Part shown: piece by piece, positions 55,016 through 63,606 of the stretch | Layout: each line of letters begins with the position of its first letter | How positions within the stretch are numbered: the stretch's first letter is position 1 | From: Candidatus Cloacimonadota bacterium | GTDB taxonomy: Bacteria; Cloacimonadota; Cloacimonadia; Cloacimonadales; WRIO01 | Direction: 5' to 3' | DNA: 63,606 nucleotides | Assembly (NCBI GenBank): GCA_029553545.1 | Contig: JAKPKU010000016.1 | Coordinates: forward strand, 1 to 63,606 | The notes under the pieces: model-generated | The model's input: only the letters and a program-made list of their open reading frames with translations | Database searches by the model: none | What the model was told of the DNA's origin: nothing | Program-made: the position numbers and the translations under genes

Positions 55016-56371
55016 TTATTTTACTAAGGCGCTAATATAGATATGTCGAGCAAGATTTAGGTATATCACTAATGATAAGGCATCTACAATTGTTGTAATT
55101 ATTGGTGCAGCCATAATAGCGGGGTCTATTTTGAGTTTTCTTGCAATAATTGGTAGCATTGAGCCTACTGTCTTAGCCAAGATAACAGTAAAGAATAAAG
55201 CACCAGATACCGTGAGGGCAAGCATATAGTCATGATGGAATATCCAGACTCTAAAGAAGTTTACCGCTGCCAGCGCTACACCGACAATAATACTAATTAG
55301 AAGTTCTTTATAAAAGACAATAAAAAAGTCTCTTGCAGCAATTTCTCCTAATGCCATACCACGAATAATCAAGGTTGAGCTCTGAGAACCCGCATTACCG
55401 CCTGTGTCCATCAACATAGGGATAAAGGCAGCAAGAATAACGAAGCTGGCAAGTTCTTGTTCATAACCTTGAATAATCACACCAGTAAATGTCGCTGATA
55501 TCATCAAAAACAATAGCCAGAATATCCTCTGCTTCGCAAGTTTAAACACCCCTGTACTGAGGTACTCCCCCTCATTATGTGCCAAAGCAGCCATCTTTTC
55601 AATATCATCTGTACTCTCTTCAAGAACAACGTCAAGGATATCGTCTGCTGTCACAATACCAAGCATTCTGTTATTTTTATCAACGACAGGCACACTGGCA
55701 AAACCGTATTTCGCAAAGATATGGCTGACGCCCTCTTGATCCAAGCCAGGTTCTACACTGATAACATTTGTATTGATTAAAGTGGTGATATGAGTGTCAA
55801 AAGATGAAGTTACCACATCTCTCAGTGCTACGACTCCCTGCAATATTTCATCTTGGTTTAAAACATATAAATAACTGATCGACTCAGCTTCTTCACCATG
55901 AACTTGCAAGTATTTTAATGTCTCTTCAACAGTCATGCTGTCGATAATGGCAACGAACTCAGTTGCCATGATACCACCCGCTGTTTCAGGGTGATATCTC
56001 ATCAAGTCTTTAATATCTTGGGCGTCTTCTTCATCCAAGCTTTCGAGTATATCTGATGCTTCCTCTGGATCCATCGTTTCCAGCAAGTCCACAAGCTCGT
56101 CAGAAGCCATTTCATTGATAATTTCTTTTTTCTTTTCTTTTGAAAATAGGTCAAATAGCTCGCCCTTATCATCATCTTCCGCTTCCTCAATAATAGCTGC
56201 AAGCATTTCAATTGGAAACCTCGATAAAAGGAGGGTCCTGTCGCCTTCATAATCATCAAGGGCGTCGATGATATCGGCTGGGTGGATATCGTCTAAAGCG
56301 TTTTTGATCTCTTCTGTAGAGTTTTCTTCTAATAAATGCAGTAATTCTTTTACATCAAATTCTTGCCCCAT
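55016..56371 (-). CDS. mgtE: Magnesium transporter MgtE
   Basis: HPADI, ETAGGIMATEF, CBS pair, DTGGNAGSQSST, DPAIMAAPIITTIVD. Confidence 0.96.
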   Translation of the reverse strand: MGQEFDVKELLHLLEENSTEEIKNALDDIHPADIIDALDDYEGDRTLLLSRFPIEMLAAIIEEAEDDDKGELFDLFSKEKKKEIINEMASDELVDLLETMDPEEASDILESLDEEDAQDIKDLMRYHPETAGGIMATEFVAIIDSMTVEETLKYLQVHGEEAESISYLYVLNQDEILQGVVALRDVVTSSFDTHITTLINTNVISVEPGLDQEGVSHIFAKYGFASVPVVDKNNRMLGIVTADDILDVVLEESTDDIEKMAALAHNEGEYLSTGVFKLAKQRIFWLLFLMISATFTGVIIQGYEQELASFVILAAFIPMLMDTGGNAGSQSSTLIIRGMALGEIAARDFFIVFYKELLISIIVGVALAAVNFFRVWIFHHDYMLALTVSGALFFTVILAKTVGSMLPIIARKLKIDPAIMAAPIITTIVDALSLVIYLNLARHIYISALVK

Positions 56372-56476
56372 TCTTTCCTCCTTCTATTTTTAGTCTAATT
56401 CAAACTTATGGAATTAGCTTATTTGTCAAGCAAAAGTGTCAAAAATAATCTATTTTAAACTTATTGTTTAATTATA

Positions 56477-56504
56477 TTGACAAAAATTGCTTATTTTCTA
56501 TATT
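56477..56504 (+). promoter_or_regulatory. Putative sigma-70-type promoter of the phoH-HD-GYP-alr genes
   Basis: TTGACA-N16-TATATT, 32 bp before the ATG. Confidence 0.5.
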
Positions 56505-56536
56505 TAACATATTAGCATATTTTTGTATAAGGAGAG

Positions 56537-57994
56537 ATGATGAATAGAAAACAAAGATTTGTAGGTCCTAATTTGACAGCTGAAAACATAGGAACAAGAA
56601 AGATTTTTGTTCTTGATACCAATGTCTTGATTCATAATCCTGAGTCAATGTTTAATTTTGATAATAATGTGGTGGTCATACCCATTGTGGTGATAGAAGA
56701 AATTGATAATTTTAAAAAAGGACTCGACGAAAAAGGTCGTAATGCAAGACAGATCGGTAGAAACCTCGACAAGATTAGGCTCGACGGCTCTCTAAAAGAT
56801 GGAATCGCAATTAATATAAAAGCAAATAAGGAATTGCCTGAAGAAGAAAGACAAGGCTACTTGATTGTCGAAATGAGTCACCAAATACAAGAGTCTATGA
56901 AGCAGTTTTACTTTAAAAATGAAAATGATAATCTCATTATCGGCACTGCAATTCATTTTAGAGATAAGTTTCCAAATAGCCAAGTAGTGCTTATTTCAAA
57001 AGATGCAAATGTAAGAATCAAAGCTAATGCTGTTGGTATTGCTGCAGAAAACTATGAAAACGAGACAGTTAAGTTTGAAGAACTCTATACTGGCGTATGT
57101 GAAATGCATGTCTCTGCAGCTGATTATAATCAATTTAAAGAGAGTAAATACTTGGCATATAATGGTGATAAACTCTTTGCAAATCAATTCATTCGATTAT
57201 TTAATAAAGAAAACCCTGAGCTTGAATACTTGCTTGGAAGATATCATAGTAATAATAAAGGAAATGTCATTTATCCACTGGCATGCTACCCTGATAAAGA
57301 TCAGCTAATCTTTAGCATAAAATCGCTTAATGAAGAACAACAGTTCGCCTTCGATTTGCTCTTAGACGAGAATATTAAGCTCGTGTCATTGATTGGTAAA
57401 GCTGGCACAGGAAAAACTCTTTTAGCGATTGCTGCAGGGCTGAGCCAAGTTGTTGAAAAAGAAAACTCAAAATATACACGATTAGTCGTCTCAAGACCAA
57501 TCTCTCCATTAGGAAAAGACATTGGCTTTTTACCTGGTTCAAAGGCTGATAAATTTAATCCTTGGATGCAGCCAATATACGATAATATGGAAATCCTATT
57601 GAATCAACATGCCGATGCAAAAGACTCAAATAATGGTAGAATCTTCGGTAAAAAAACACCACAACTACAAGACTATCTGGACTTTGGATTTATAGAGCTC
57701 GAACCATTGACTTATATACGCGGAAGAAGCTTACCAAACCAATATATCATTATCGATGAAGCACAAAACTTGACCCCGCATGAAATGAAAACTATTATTA
57801 CTCGTGCAGGAAAAGAAACGAAAATTGTCTTGACTGGTGACCCCTATCAGATTGATATCCCTTACCTTGACTCAGAAAGTAATGGACTGTCTGTTGCTGC
57901 TGAAAAAATGAAAAACGAACCGCTTGTCGGGCATATTACCCTTGAAAAAGGAGAAAGATCACAGCTTGCTGATCTGGCTGCGAAGTATTTTTAA
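56537..57994 (+). CDS. phoH: PIN-PhoH fusion protein (PhoH2/YlaK type)
   Basis: PIN motifs FVLDTNVL, VIEEID, ND, LISKD; P-loop GKAGTGKT; TYIRGRS, IDEAQN, GDPYQID. Confidence 0.92.
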   Translation: MMNRKQRFVGPNLTAENIGTRKIFVLDTNVLIHNPESMFNFDNNVVVIPIVVIEEIDNFKKGLDEKGRNARQIGRNLDKIRLDGSLKDGIAINIKANKELPEEERQGYLIVEMSHQIQESMKQFYFKNENDNLIIGTAIHFRDKFPNSQVVLISKDANVRIKANAVGIAAENYENETVKFEELYTGVCEMHVSAADYNQFKESKYLAYNGDKLFANQFIRLFNKENPELEYLLGRYHSNNKGNVIYPLACYPDKDQLIFSIKSLNEEQQFAFDLLLDENIKLVSLIGKAGTGKTLLAIAAGLSQVVEKENSKYTRLVVSRPISPLGKDIGFLPGSKADKFNPWMQPIYDNMEILLNQHADAKDSNNGRIFGKKTPQLQDYLDFGFIELEPLTYIRGRSLPNQYIIIDEAQNLTPHEMKTIITRAGKETKIVLTGDPYQIDIPYLDSESNGLSVAAEKMKNEPLVGHITLEKGERSQLADLAAKYF

Positions 57995-57997
57995 TAT

Positions 57998-59191
57998 ATG
58001 CAAATCAAAGAAGTCCTCATAAAAGATGTTAAGCTGGGCATGTGCTTGGCTAACGATACTACAAACAACAAAAATGAAGTTATATACAGAAAAGGATTTT
58101 ATTTTACTTCAAGAGAACAAATTATTAGATTACTCGATGAAGGAGTAAAAAGCATACTTGTCAATATAACTGCAAGCTTGATTGACATGAGGAGCAGTAA
58201 ACAAATTGAGCAGTCTCAAGAGTTTGTAAAAAAGGAAAATGAGGCATTATACAAGCAAGTTGATGAATTAGATGCAGAACAAGAAAAGGTGATTGATCTT
58301 TACCAAAGCAGTCAAAATGTCATTAATGACTTAATGAATAATGCACGTTTTGGAAAAGCACTTAATCTGGATGTTGTACAGAAACAAACTATTGATGTCC
58401 TTAACAGCATCAGAAAAAATGAACTTGCCCTATTATCTTTGATCAACTTAAAAAACTTTGATGAATATACTTATACCCATAGCCTAAATGTGTCTATTCT
58501 ATCTGCTGCCTTTGCATGGAACCTTAAATTTCCAGAAGATCAACTTATCTCTATTGGGAGGGGTGCTTTTTTTCATGATATTGGAAAAGCAAAAGTGCCT
58601 CTAAGCATCGTCAATAAACCAGGTGCATTGAGTGAGAGTGAAAAGCGTATTATGCAAATGCATCCAAGCTATGGAGAACAAATATACAATCAAGAAATCA
58701 TTACAAATGAAATTGAACGCGGTATCGTAACACAACACCATGAGAGTTTTGACGGTAGCGGCTATCCTCATAGTCTTGAAGGAAACCGAATAAGTAAATA
58801 TGCAAGCATCGTCTCAATCTCCGATTTCTTTGATGCATTAACAACAGTGAGATCTTATAGACCAGAGGTTCATCCATCCGAAGTGATTCAGATTATCTAT
58901 TCTCTTAGTGCTAAAAAGTTCGATCCAAGGGTTGTTAATCACTTTATCAAAACAATTGGTATCTATCCTATTGGCAGCCTTGTGGAATTAAGTAATGATC
59001 AAATTGCCATTGTAAAAGCATTTTCTAAAGAGAACTTGTTAAAGCCGATAGTTGAATTGTTAAAAGTAGAAAATGGATATTTAGCAAGCCAAAACAAAAT
59101 TGTATCTCTCATGGAATCAGAAGTATATGTAAAATCGGTATACAAGGGTGAAGGCAAATTGGTTGAAAAGAATATTATGAAAAAACTATAA
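57998..59191 (+). CDS. HD-GYP cyclic di-GMP phosphodiesterase with N-terminal accessory domain
   Basis: YTYTHS.NV, HDIGK, HHESFDGSGYP, DFFDALT..R.Y, GIYPIGSLVEL. Confidence 0.9.
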   Translation: MQIKEVLIKDVKLGMCLANDTTNNKNEVIYRKGFYFTSREQIIRLLDEGVKSILVNITASLIDMRSSKQIEQSQEFVKKENEALYKQVDELDAEQEKVIDLYQSSQNVINDLMNNARFGKALNLDVVQKQTIDVLNSIRKNELALLSLINLKNFDEYTYTHSLNVSILSAAFAWNLKFPEDQLISIGRGAFFHDIGKAKVPLSIVNKPGALSESEKRIMQMHPSYGEQIYNQEIITNEIERGIVTQHHESFDGSGYPHSLEGNRISKYASIVSISDFFDALTTVRSYRPEVHPSEVIQIIYSLSAKKFDPRVVNHFIKTIGIYPIGSLVELSNDQIAIVKAFSKENLLKPIVELLKVENGYLASQNKIVSLMESEVYVKSVYKGEGKLVEKNIMKKL

Positions 59192-59210
59192 ATGAGATGA
59201 GATAAATACC

Positions 59211-61127
59211 TTGATAAAAAAGAGAAAAAATAAAATCGAGCTCAGCCAGATAAAAGAACGTTCCTGGGTAGAGATTGATCTCAGTAACTTCTCTCATAAT
59301 ATCAATGAATTAAAAAAGCACTTCTCAGCAAATCAAAGTTTTATGCAAATAGTAAAAGCTGACGCTTACGGGCATGGAGCTTTACAAATTGCTATCCAAG
59401 CACAAAAAGATGGTGCCAGCATTTTAGGCGTGGCAAATGTTGAAGAGGCAAGCCTCTTGCGCTTTAACCATATTGACTTACCAATTCTGATCCTCTCTCC
59501 ATCTTTTGATTTTGAAATTGAGTCGATTGTGCACTACAAGCTAATTCCTTCAGTTAATAATATTGAGTTTGTCGAAAAGCTTGACCTCTATGCCAAGAAA
59601 ATGGCTGTCAAACAACCAATTCATATTAAGTGTGATACGGGTATGAATAGAAATGGTGTAAAGATTGAACAAGCATATAACTTGTATCAGCAAATAAAAA
59701 AGCTCGATAATATCCTCATTGAAGGCGTTTTCTCTCATTTCTCTTCAAGTGAAAATGATAAACAATTCACGCAGCACCAATACAAATTGTTTTTAGATTT
59801 TGCTGCTCAGGTGCAGAGTGAAGTAAGATACATTCATATTGCCAATAGTAGCGCTGTTGCAAATAGTGATTTTGCAATGTGCAATTTGCATCGACTTGGG
59901 CTGTTAACATACGGTGTATATAGCGATCAAAGCATCAAAGAGAAAGTAAATTTAAAGCCCGTGATGACCTTCAAATCGCGCTTGTCTCATATTTCCATTG
60001 CTAAGAAAAATGAGTCGATTGGATATAATAGGACTTTTTACGCTGAGCATGATATAAAATATGCAATAATCCCTGTCGGTTATGCTGATGGCTATGATTT
60101 TCTTCTTTCAAACAATGCATTTGTCGAGATAAATGGCGCCATATGCCCGATTTTAGGCAAGGTTAGTATGGACATGATTGCTGTTGATATCAGCCAAATA
60201 GATAATGCTCAAATTGGTGACATGGTCACTCTTTTGGGTGGAAGCAGCGAACAGACACGCGTGGAATTCTTGAGTAGCTCATTTAAAGGCTCCTCATATG
60301 AATTATTAACACAAATAGGCAAAAGAGCAAAACGTTACTATCTGCAAAATGGTAAGATCAATGACTTCGCTCCTGTTCTGAGAAGAGACTTTATTCCAAA
60401 AGATTTCTCCGATGACAAACTAAACAAGATTATACATCAGGCTTTAGAAGAGAGAATAACCAAAAAAGAGCTCGCAAGTGTTATTTATCACGATATCCTC
60501 AAGTTCTTCTTTATTGAAAGTGATAGAGATATTTCTTATAGATCCAACTTCTTTTATTCTATTAACTTTACTGAAAATGATGAACCTTACTATAATGTTG
60601 AGCTCCAGCTTAAGTTTGACAAAATATTGCAAAATAGTTATTTTATTGTTGCTTGTGCCAATAATCAAAAGGCTTTAGAATCTTATTTTAATCGTAAAGA
60701 TACCGAGTACCGTTGGCTTTTGGATGATAGTATTGAATTTCAAGCAAGTAGATTCAAAGTCTCTTCTGCAAAAGTGAATGATATCGAGCTCGACTGCAAT
60801 ACTAATTTGATCAATAATGCCATTGAAATAAAATGTGCTTCTGAGCTTCTCGAACCTATGCTAAACAAACTTGCCCACTTTGAAATAAGTATTAAAACCT
60901 TCTATCCAAAAGACAGACATCAATTAAGTGTCTATCTCTCTGAAATATACAAAGGCGTCACTATATCCTTTACCTATCCCAAGAGCATCGAGAATATTGA
61001 CTGTGTGCCTATTTTCTCGGGTAAGCATAGATATCCAAAAGTCGAACAGCATGATAGAGAAATTATCGTGGCAAGCAGCGCTGAAGATTGGGTTTTCCCA
61101 AATAGCGGTGTCGTTTTTAGTTATTAA
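59211..61127 (+). CDS. alr: Alanine racemase fused to a ~250-aa C-terminal domain of unknown function
   Basis: VKADAYGHG (PLP Lys), HIKCDTGMNRNG, SHF, ANS, IGY (catalytic Tyr), GYADG, VSMD; frame continues well beyond the normal Alr end. Confidence 0.88.
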   Translation: MIKKRKNKIELSQIKERSWVEIDLSNFSHNINELKKHFSANQSFMQIVKADAYGHGALQIAIQAQKDGASILGVANVEEASLLRFNHIDLPILILSPSFDFEIESIVHYKLIPSVNNIEFVEKLDLYAKKMAVKQPIHIKCDTGMNRNGVKIEQAYNLYQQIKKLDNILIEGVFSHFSSSENDKQFTQHQYKLFLDFAAQVQSEVRYIHIANSSAVANSDFAMCNLHRLGLLTYGVYSDQSIKEKVNLKPVMTFKSRLSHISIAKKNESIGYNRTFYAEHDIKYAIIPVGYADGYDFLLSNNAFVEINGAICPILGKVSMDMIAVDISQIDNAQIGDMVTLLGGSSEQTRVEFLSSSFKGSSYELLTQIGKRAKRYYLQNGKINDFAPVLRRDFIPKDFSDDKLNKIIHQALEERITKKELASVIYHDILKFFFIESDRDISYRSNFFYSINFTENDEPYYNVELQLKFDKILQNSYFIVACANNQKALESYFNRKDTEYRWLLDDSIEFQASRFKVSSAKVNDIELDCNTNLINNAIEIKCASELLEPMLNKLAHFEISIKTFYPKDRHQLSVYLSEIYKGVTISFTYPKSIENIDCVPIFSGKHRYPKVEQHDREIIVASSAEDWVFPNSGVVFSY

Positions 61128-61147
61128 AAGAATTGCCTTGTAAATTA

Positions 61148-61174
61148 TTAGCAACCAAATCAAAAGACTGCTAA
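61148..61174 (+). promoter_or_regulatory. Degenerate CIRCE (HrcA operator) upstream of the Hsp20 pair
   Basis: TTAGCAACC-N9-GACTGCTAA versus consensus TTAGCACTC-N9-GAGTGCTAA (15 of 18 positions, exact spacer); TATAAT at 61193..61198. Confidence 0.65.
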
Positions 61175-61245
61175 ATATTATTTGCTTTTTTCTATAATCT
61201 CTTTATATTATCTTTAGATTAAGATTATTAAAGGAGATTTAAGCT

Positions 61246-61686
61246 ATGAAAACAATTATTAGAAACCAGATGTTTCCTCTTATCAGCTTGTTTGATGACT
61301 TTTTTGAAAACAGAACAAGCGATGAAGTAAAGCAATCGATGCAACAAGTCAAATCATGCCAAATGCCTGTCGATATTGTTGAAAATGAAAGAGAATACAA
61401 AGTATTAGCAAACTTACCAGGCATTTCCAAGAATGATGTGAAGATTAGCTATCTTGAAGGGCAAATGACAATCGAAACAGTTGAAAGAGAAGCAGCAAAA
61501 ACTGAAGTTGAAACAGAGCAGAAGGTTCTCAATTGCGAAAGATATTGTGGCACATATCACAGGAGTTTGTATTTACCAGAGAATATCGAAGCAGAGAAGA
61601 TTAATGCAAAGATGGAAAATGGCGTTTTGACAGTAATAATTCCAAAGATCGAACCAAAGAAGCACAGCTTCATAGAAATCAAATAA
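61246..61686 (+). CDS. Small heat shock protein (Hsp20/alpha-crystallin)
   Basis: PVDIVE, LPGI.K.DV, ERYCG.Y.RS..LP, A..ENGVL.V.IPK. Confidence 0.93.
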   Translation: MKTIIRNQMFPLISLFDDFFENRTSDEVKQSMQQVKSCQMPVDIVENEREYKVLANLPGISKNDVKISYLEGQMTIETVEREAAKTEVETEQKVLNCERYCGTYHRSLYLPENIEAEKINAKMENGVLTVIIPKIEPKKHSFIEIK

Positions 61687-61696
61687 GGAGGACAAA

Positions 61697-62119
61697 ATGA
61701 AACTGATTCCAATCCGTAGAGAAAACATGCCAATGTGGTCACTTTTTGGTGATATGATGGACAGGTTCTTAAATGAAGATATCAGTGAGAATGCTAAGAT
61801 AATGGCTATAGACGTTTTAGAAAACCCTAAGTCATTTGATATCAAAGCAAACTTGCCAGGGATCCCAAAAGAAAAGATTAACATTTCTATTAAAGATAAT
61901 AGAATTGTTATTTCTGCAAGCCATGAAGAAGTGAAAGAAGAAAAAGAAAAAGACACTATTATTCGTACAGAACGTTATAGTGGCTCCTATCAAAGAACAC
62001 TGAGCTTGCCAGAAAACTGCGATACAAATAATATCTCAGCAAAGCTTGAAAATGGCGTTTTAAGTTTGAGCATCCCAAAAAGAGAACCTACTCCTAAAAA
62101 AGAAATCACTATCGAATAA
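61697..62119 (+). CDS. Small heat shock protein (Hsp20), second paralogue
   Basis: AIDVLE, LPGIPKE, ERYSGSYQR..SLP, AKLENGVL..SIPK. Confidence 0.93.
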   Translation: MKLIPIRRENMPMWSLFGDMMDRFLNEDISENAKIMAIDVLENPKSFDIKANLPGIPKEKINISIKDNRIVISASHEEVKEEKEKDTIIRTERYSGSYQRTLSLPENCDTNNISAKLENGVLSLSIPKREPTPKKEITIE

Positions 62120-62133
62120 GTGATTAATTAAGG

Positions 62134-62173
62134 AAGTGGCATAATCAGCTAAATTGGTTATGCCACTTTTTTT
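62134..62173 (+). terminator. Intrinsic terminator after the Hsp20 pair
   Basis: AAGTGGCATAA..TTATGCCACTT followed by a T run. Confidence 0.88.
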
Positions 62174-62232
62174 ATATCCTCACAAGGTGAAATAAAACCT
62201 TCCACTTGTCTCTGATCGTTCATTGTTCGTCA

Positions 62233-62754
62233 CTAATCAATGTGTATTGTTGGCGTCTTTTTCAGTCTTTCTCTCAATTCTTCTGCCAATGCTACATCCC
62301 ATAATTCAATTTTTTCTATGCTTATATAAATATCTTCACATATAGCGTTACGAAAGCTTGTTCGGCTTATGGTGGGGATTTTTGTCTTGCCATATTTATC
62401 TTTACTTTTTTTAAGGAATATTGCTAAATATTTGATTGTTTTATCAGTTTCTTTAGCCAAATCGTCTCTTTTCAGGCTAACAAATTCAGCTTTTCTTTGA
62501 ATTAGTCTATTTATCTCTCTTTGGACTGAATATACTATTTTTCTATTAATTAGTGGGATTTTGCTTTCTAAAACGAGCTCAAATATTGCGATTTCTTCGT
62601 TATTTTTGATGTATTTTAATTGATTCTCAAACAGCTCTCCTGCTGAATATCCTTTTCCCATATTTTCCAGTAATGTGATCAAATAAAAATCATTTTCTCG
62701 TTTCAATAGTTCTAAAATCTCATTTTTTCTTGTCTTGATTTGATTCATAATCAT
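62233..62754 (-). CDS. Hypothetical basic protein
   Basis: 173-codon ORF with GGAG RBS (ATG 62748 is better spaced than 62754); no motif recognised. Confidence 0.65.
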   Translation of the reverse strand: MIMNQIKTRKNEILELLKRENDFYLITLLENMGKGYSAGELFENQLKYIKNNEEIAIFELVLESKIPLINRKIVYSVQREINRLIQRKAEFVSLKRDDLAKETDKTIKYLAIFLKKSKDKYGKTKIPTISRTSFRNAICEDIYISIEKIELWDVALAEELRERLKKTPTIHID

Positions 62755-62813
62755 CTCCTTTTTTTAATAATATTTGCTAATGCTGATCTACAAAAAACAT
62801 AAGTGTTCATTTT

Positions 62814-62987
62814 TTACGGTTTAAAAGACTCTAAAATTGTATAAATTCGTACTATGTCTTTTTCTATTCTTATTGTACGCTCTTCAATTGTTTTTACCCG
62901 ACTGGTTACGTCTTTCCAGACATATCCCAAAACAGCCAAAACCGCTGGAATAAGAGCTGTATTGATAAAAGTTGTAAAAATATTCAT
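62814..62987 (-). CDS. 57-aa single-TM small protein; absent from the ORF track
   Basis: AAGGAG RBS, then MNIFTTFINTALIPAVLAVLGYVWKDVTSRVKTIEERTIRIEKDIVRIYTILESFKP and TAA. Confidence 0.72.
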   Translation of the reverse strand: MNIFTTFINTALIPAVLAVLGYVWKDVTSRVKTIEERTIRIEKDIVRIYTILESFKP

Positions 62988-63103
62988 TTTATCTCCTTCT
63001 TTTTATGATTGGCAGACAGGTGGGAAGCCTTGCCACCCGTCCACTTTTACTTTTGGGGTGTTTCTCTTAACCACTCAAAAGTAGCTAATTATTTATTACG
63101 ATA

Positions 63104-63550
63104 TTAAACTATTGGATGGGTCAAGTTTTCACATGATTTCATATAGTAAATAAAACCTCTTGCCATTGTAGCAGCGATAGTGTCTGCATGAGCCGTTGCA
63201 AATGTACCTAAATTAAATGCCCTTAGAGAAATCGTTGTCGCTTTTGAAACAGCATAACAAATCTTCACAAATAATGCATAAGATGTTATCTTAAGCTTAT
63301 CGGGGAAATTAATATTAAGTGTATGTGCGTAGTGGCTCAAATCTTCTTTATATGCTGTGCTTGCAGCGTCCCATAATGCCTTGATACACCCAGCATTCTC
63401 CATAAAAAGTGTATGCTGATACGTTTGCTTTGGCTTTGTGTAGTTCTTTGCAATACAGACGTTTCCTAAATTGTGCGAGGAGTAAACGACATCCTCTTCC
63501 TTGTCTTTACCTGAATATGCTGTGATATTCTTCTTCATGTACACTCTCAT
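63104..63550 (-). CDS. Hypothetical protein (148 aa)
   Basis: GGAGGT RBS; YSGK...C.AK.Y..P...YKEDL..YA...YALFVK pattern recalls a family of lineage-specific hypotheticals (from memory, unverified). Confidence 0.7.
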   Translation of the reverse strand: MRVYMKKNITAYSGKDKEEDVVYSSHNLGNVCIAKNYTKPKQTYQHTLFMENAGCIKALWDAASTAYKEDLSHYAHTLNINFPDKLKITSYALFVKICYAVSKATTISLRAFNLGTFATAHADTIAATMARGFIYYMKSCENLTHPIV

Positions 63551-63606
63551 TGTGTACCTCCTTTGATTTTATTTATTCTTCTTGCGCATGAAGTTTTTTT
63601 ATATTT

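Noticed and set aside
56372-56536. M-box (Mg2+) riboswitch upstream of mgtE
   Set aside because: The short AT-rich divergent promoter region has no M-box motifs.
618-63084. The many 60-130 aa antisense or frame-shifted ORFs in the six-frame track (e.g. 618..971, 17133..17519, 34108..34461, 61573..61956, 62854..63084)
   Set aside because: They overlap well-supported genes, lack RBSs and motifs, and read as shadow ORFs.

Overview
AT-rich, mostly chromosomal window from an anaerobic diderm bacterium. The FlgD/T9SS-type C-terminal tail gene, the bS22-like peptide, the lysine-fermentation kal-bcd-etfBA block and several FCB-type outer-membrane barrels suggest Cloacimonadota or a related FCB lineage (inference). 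Housekeeping and metabolic genes: trxB with a PDO-type disulfide oxidoreductase, mscS, meaB, HU/IHF, hflX, tadA, ahcY, pnp, rpsO, selD, mgtE, PIN-PhoH, alr, two Hsp20 and tRNA-Lys(CTT). There is also a sugar-nucleotide/glycosyltransferase cluster, a UpxY-like NusG paralogue and a small flagellar block (fliD, fliS, FlgM-like, Zn-finger gene) behind a sigma-54 motif. No CRISPR-cas, integrase or transposase was recognised. Best candidates for undescribed biology: (1) a three-gene two-component-like module with no intact kinase domain (sensor with His->Asp H-box and no HATPase, a ChpT-like His protein, a stand-alone receiver); (2) an operon of a double-HhH outer-membrane barrel, a FadL/PorV-like barrel, an exported 5'-nucleotidase and DedA, possibly for extracellular nucleic-acid scavenging; (3) several dispersed non-coding repeat families, including a modular ~280-bp element at four loci, a ~90-bp structured element at two loci, and a REP-like hairpin cluster beside the tRNA; (4) a FlgM-like protein with an apparently duplicated sigma-binding segment; (5) an alanine racemase with a ~250-aa unexplained C-terminal domain. 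All family assignments come from motif recognition by eye; no searches were run.
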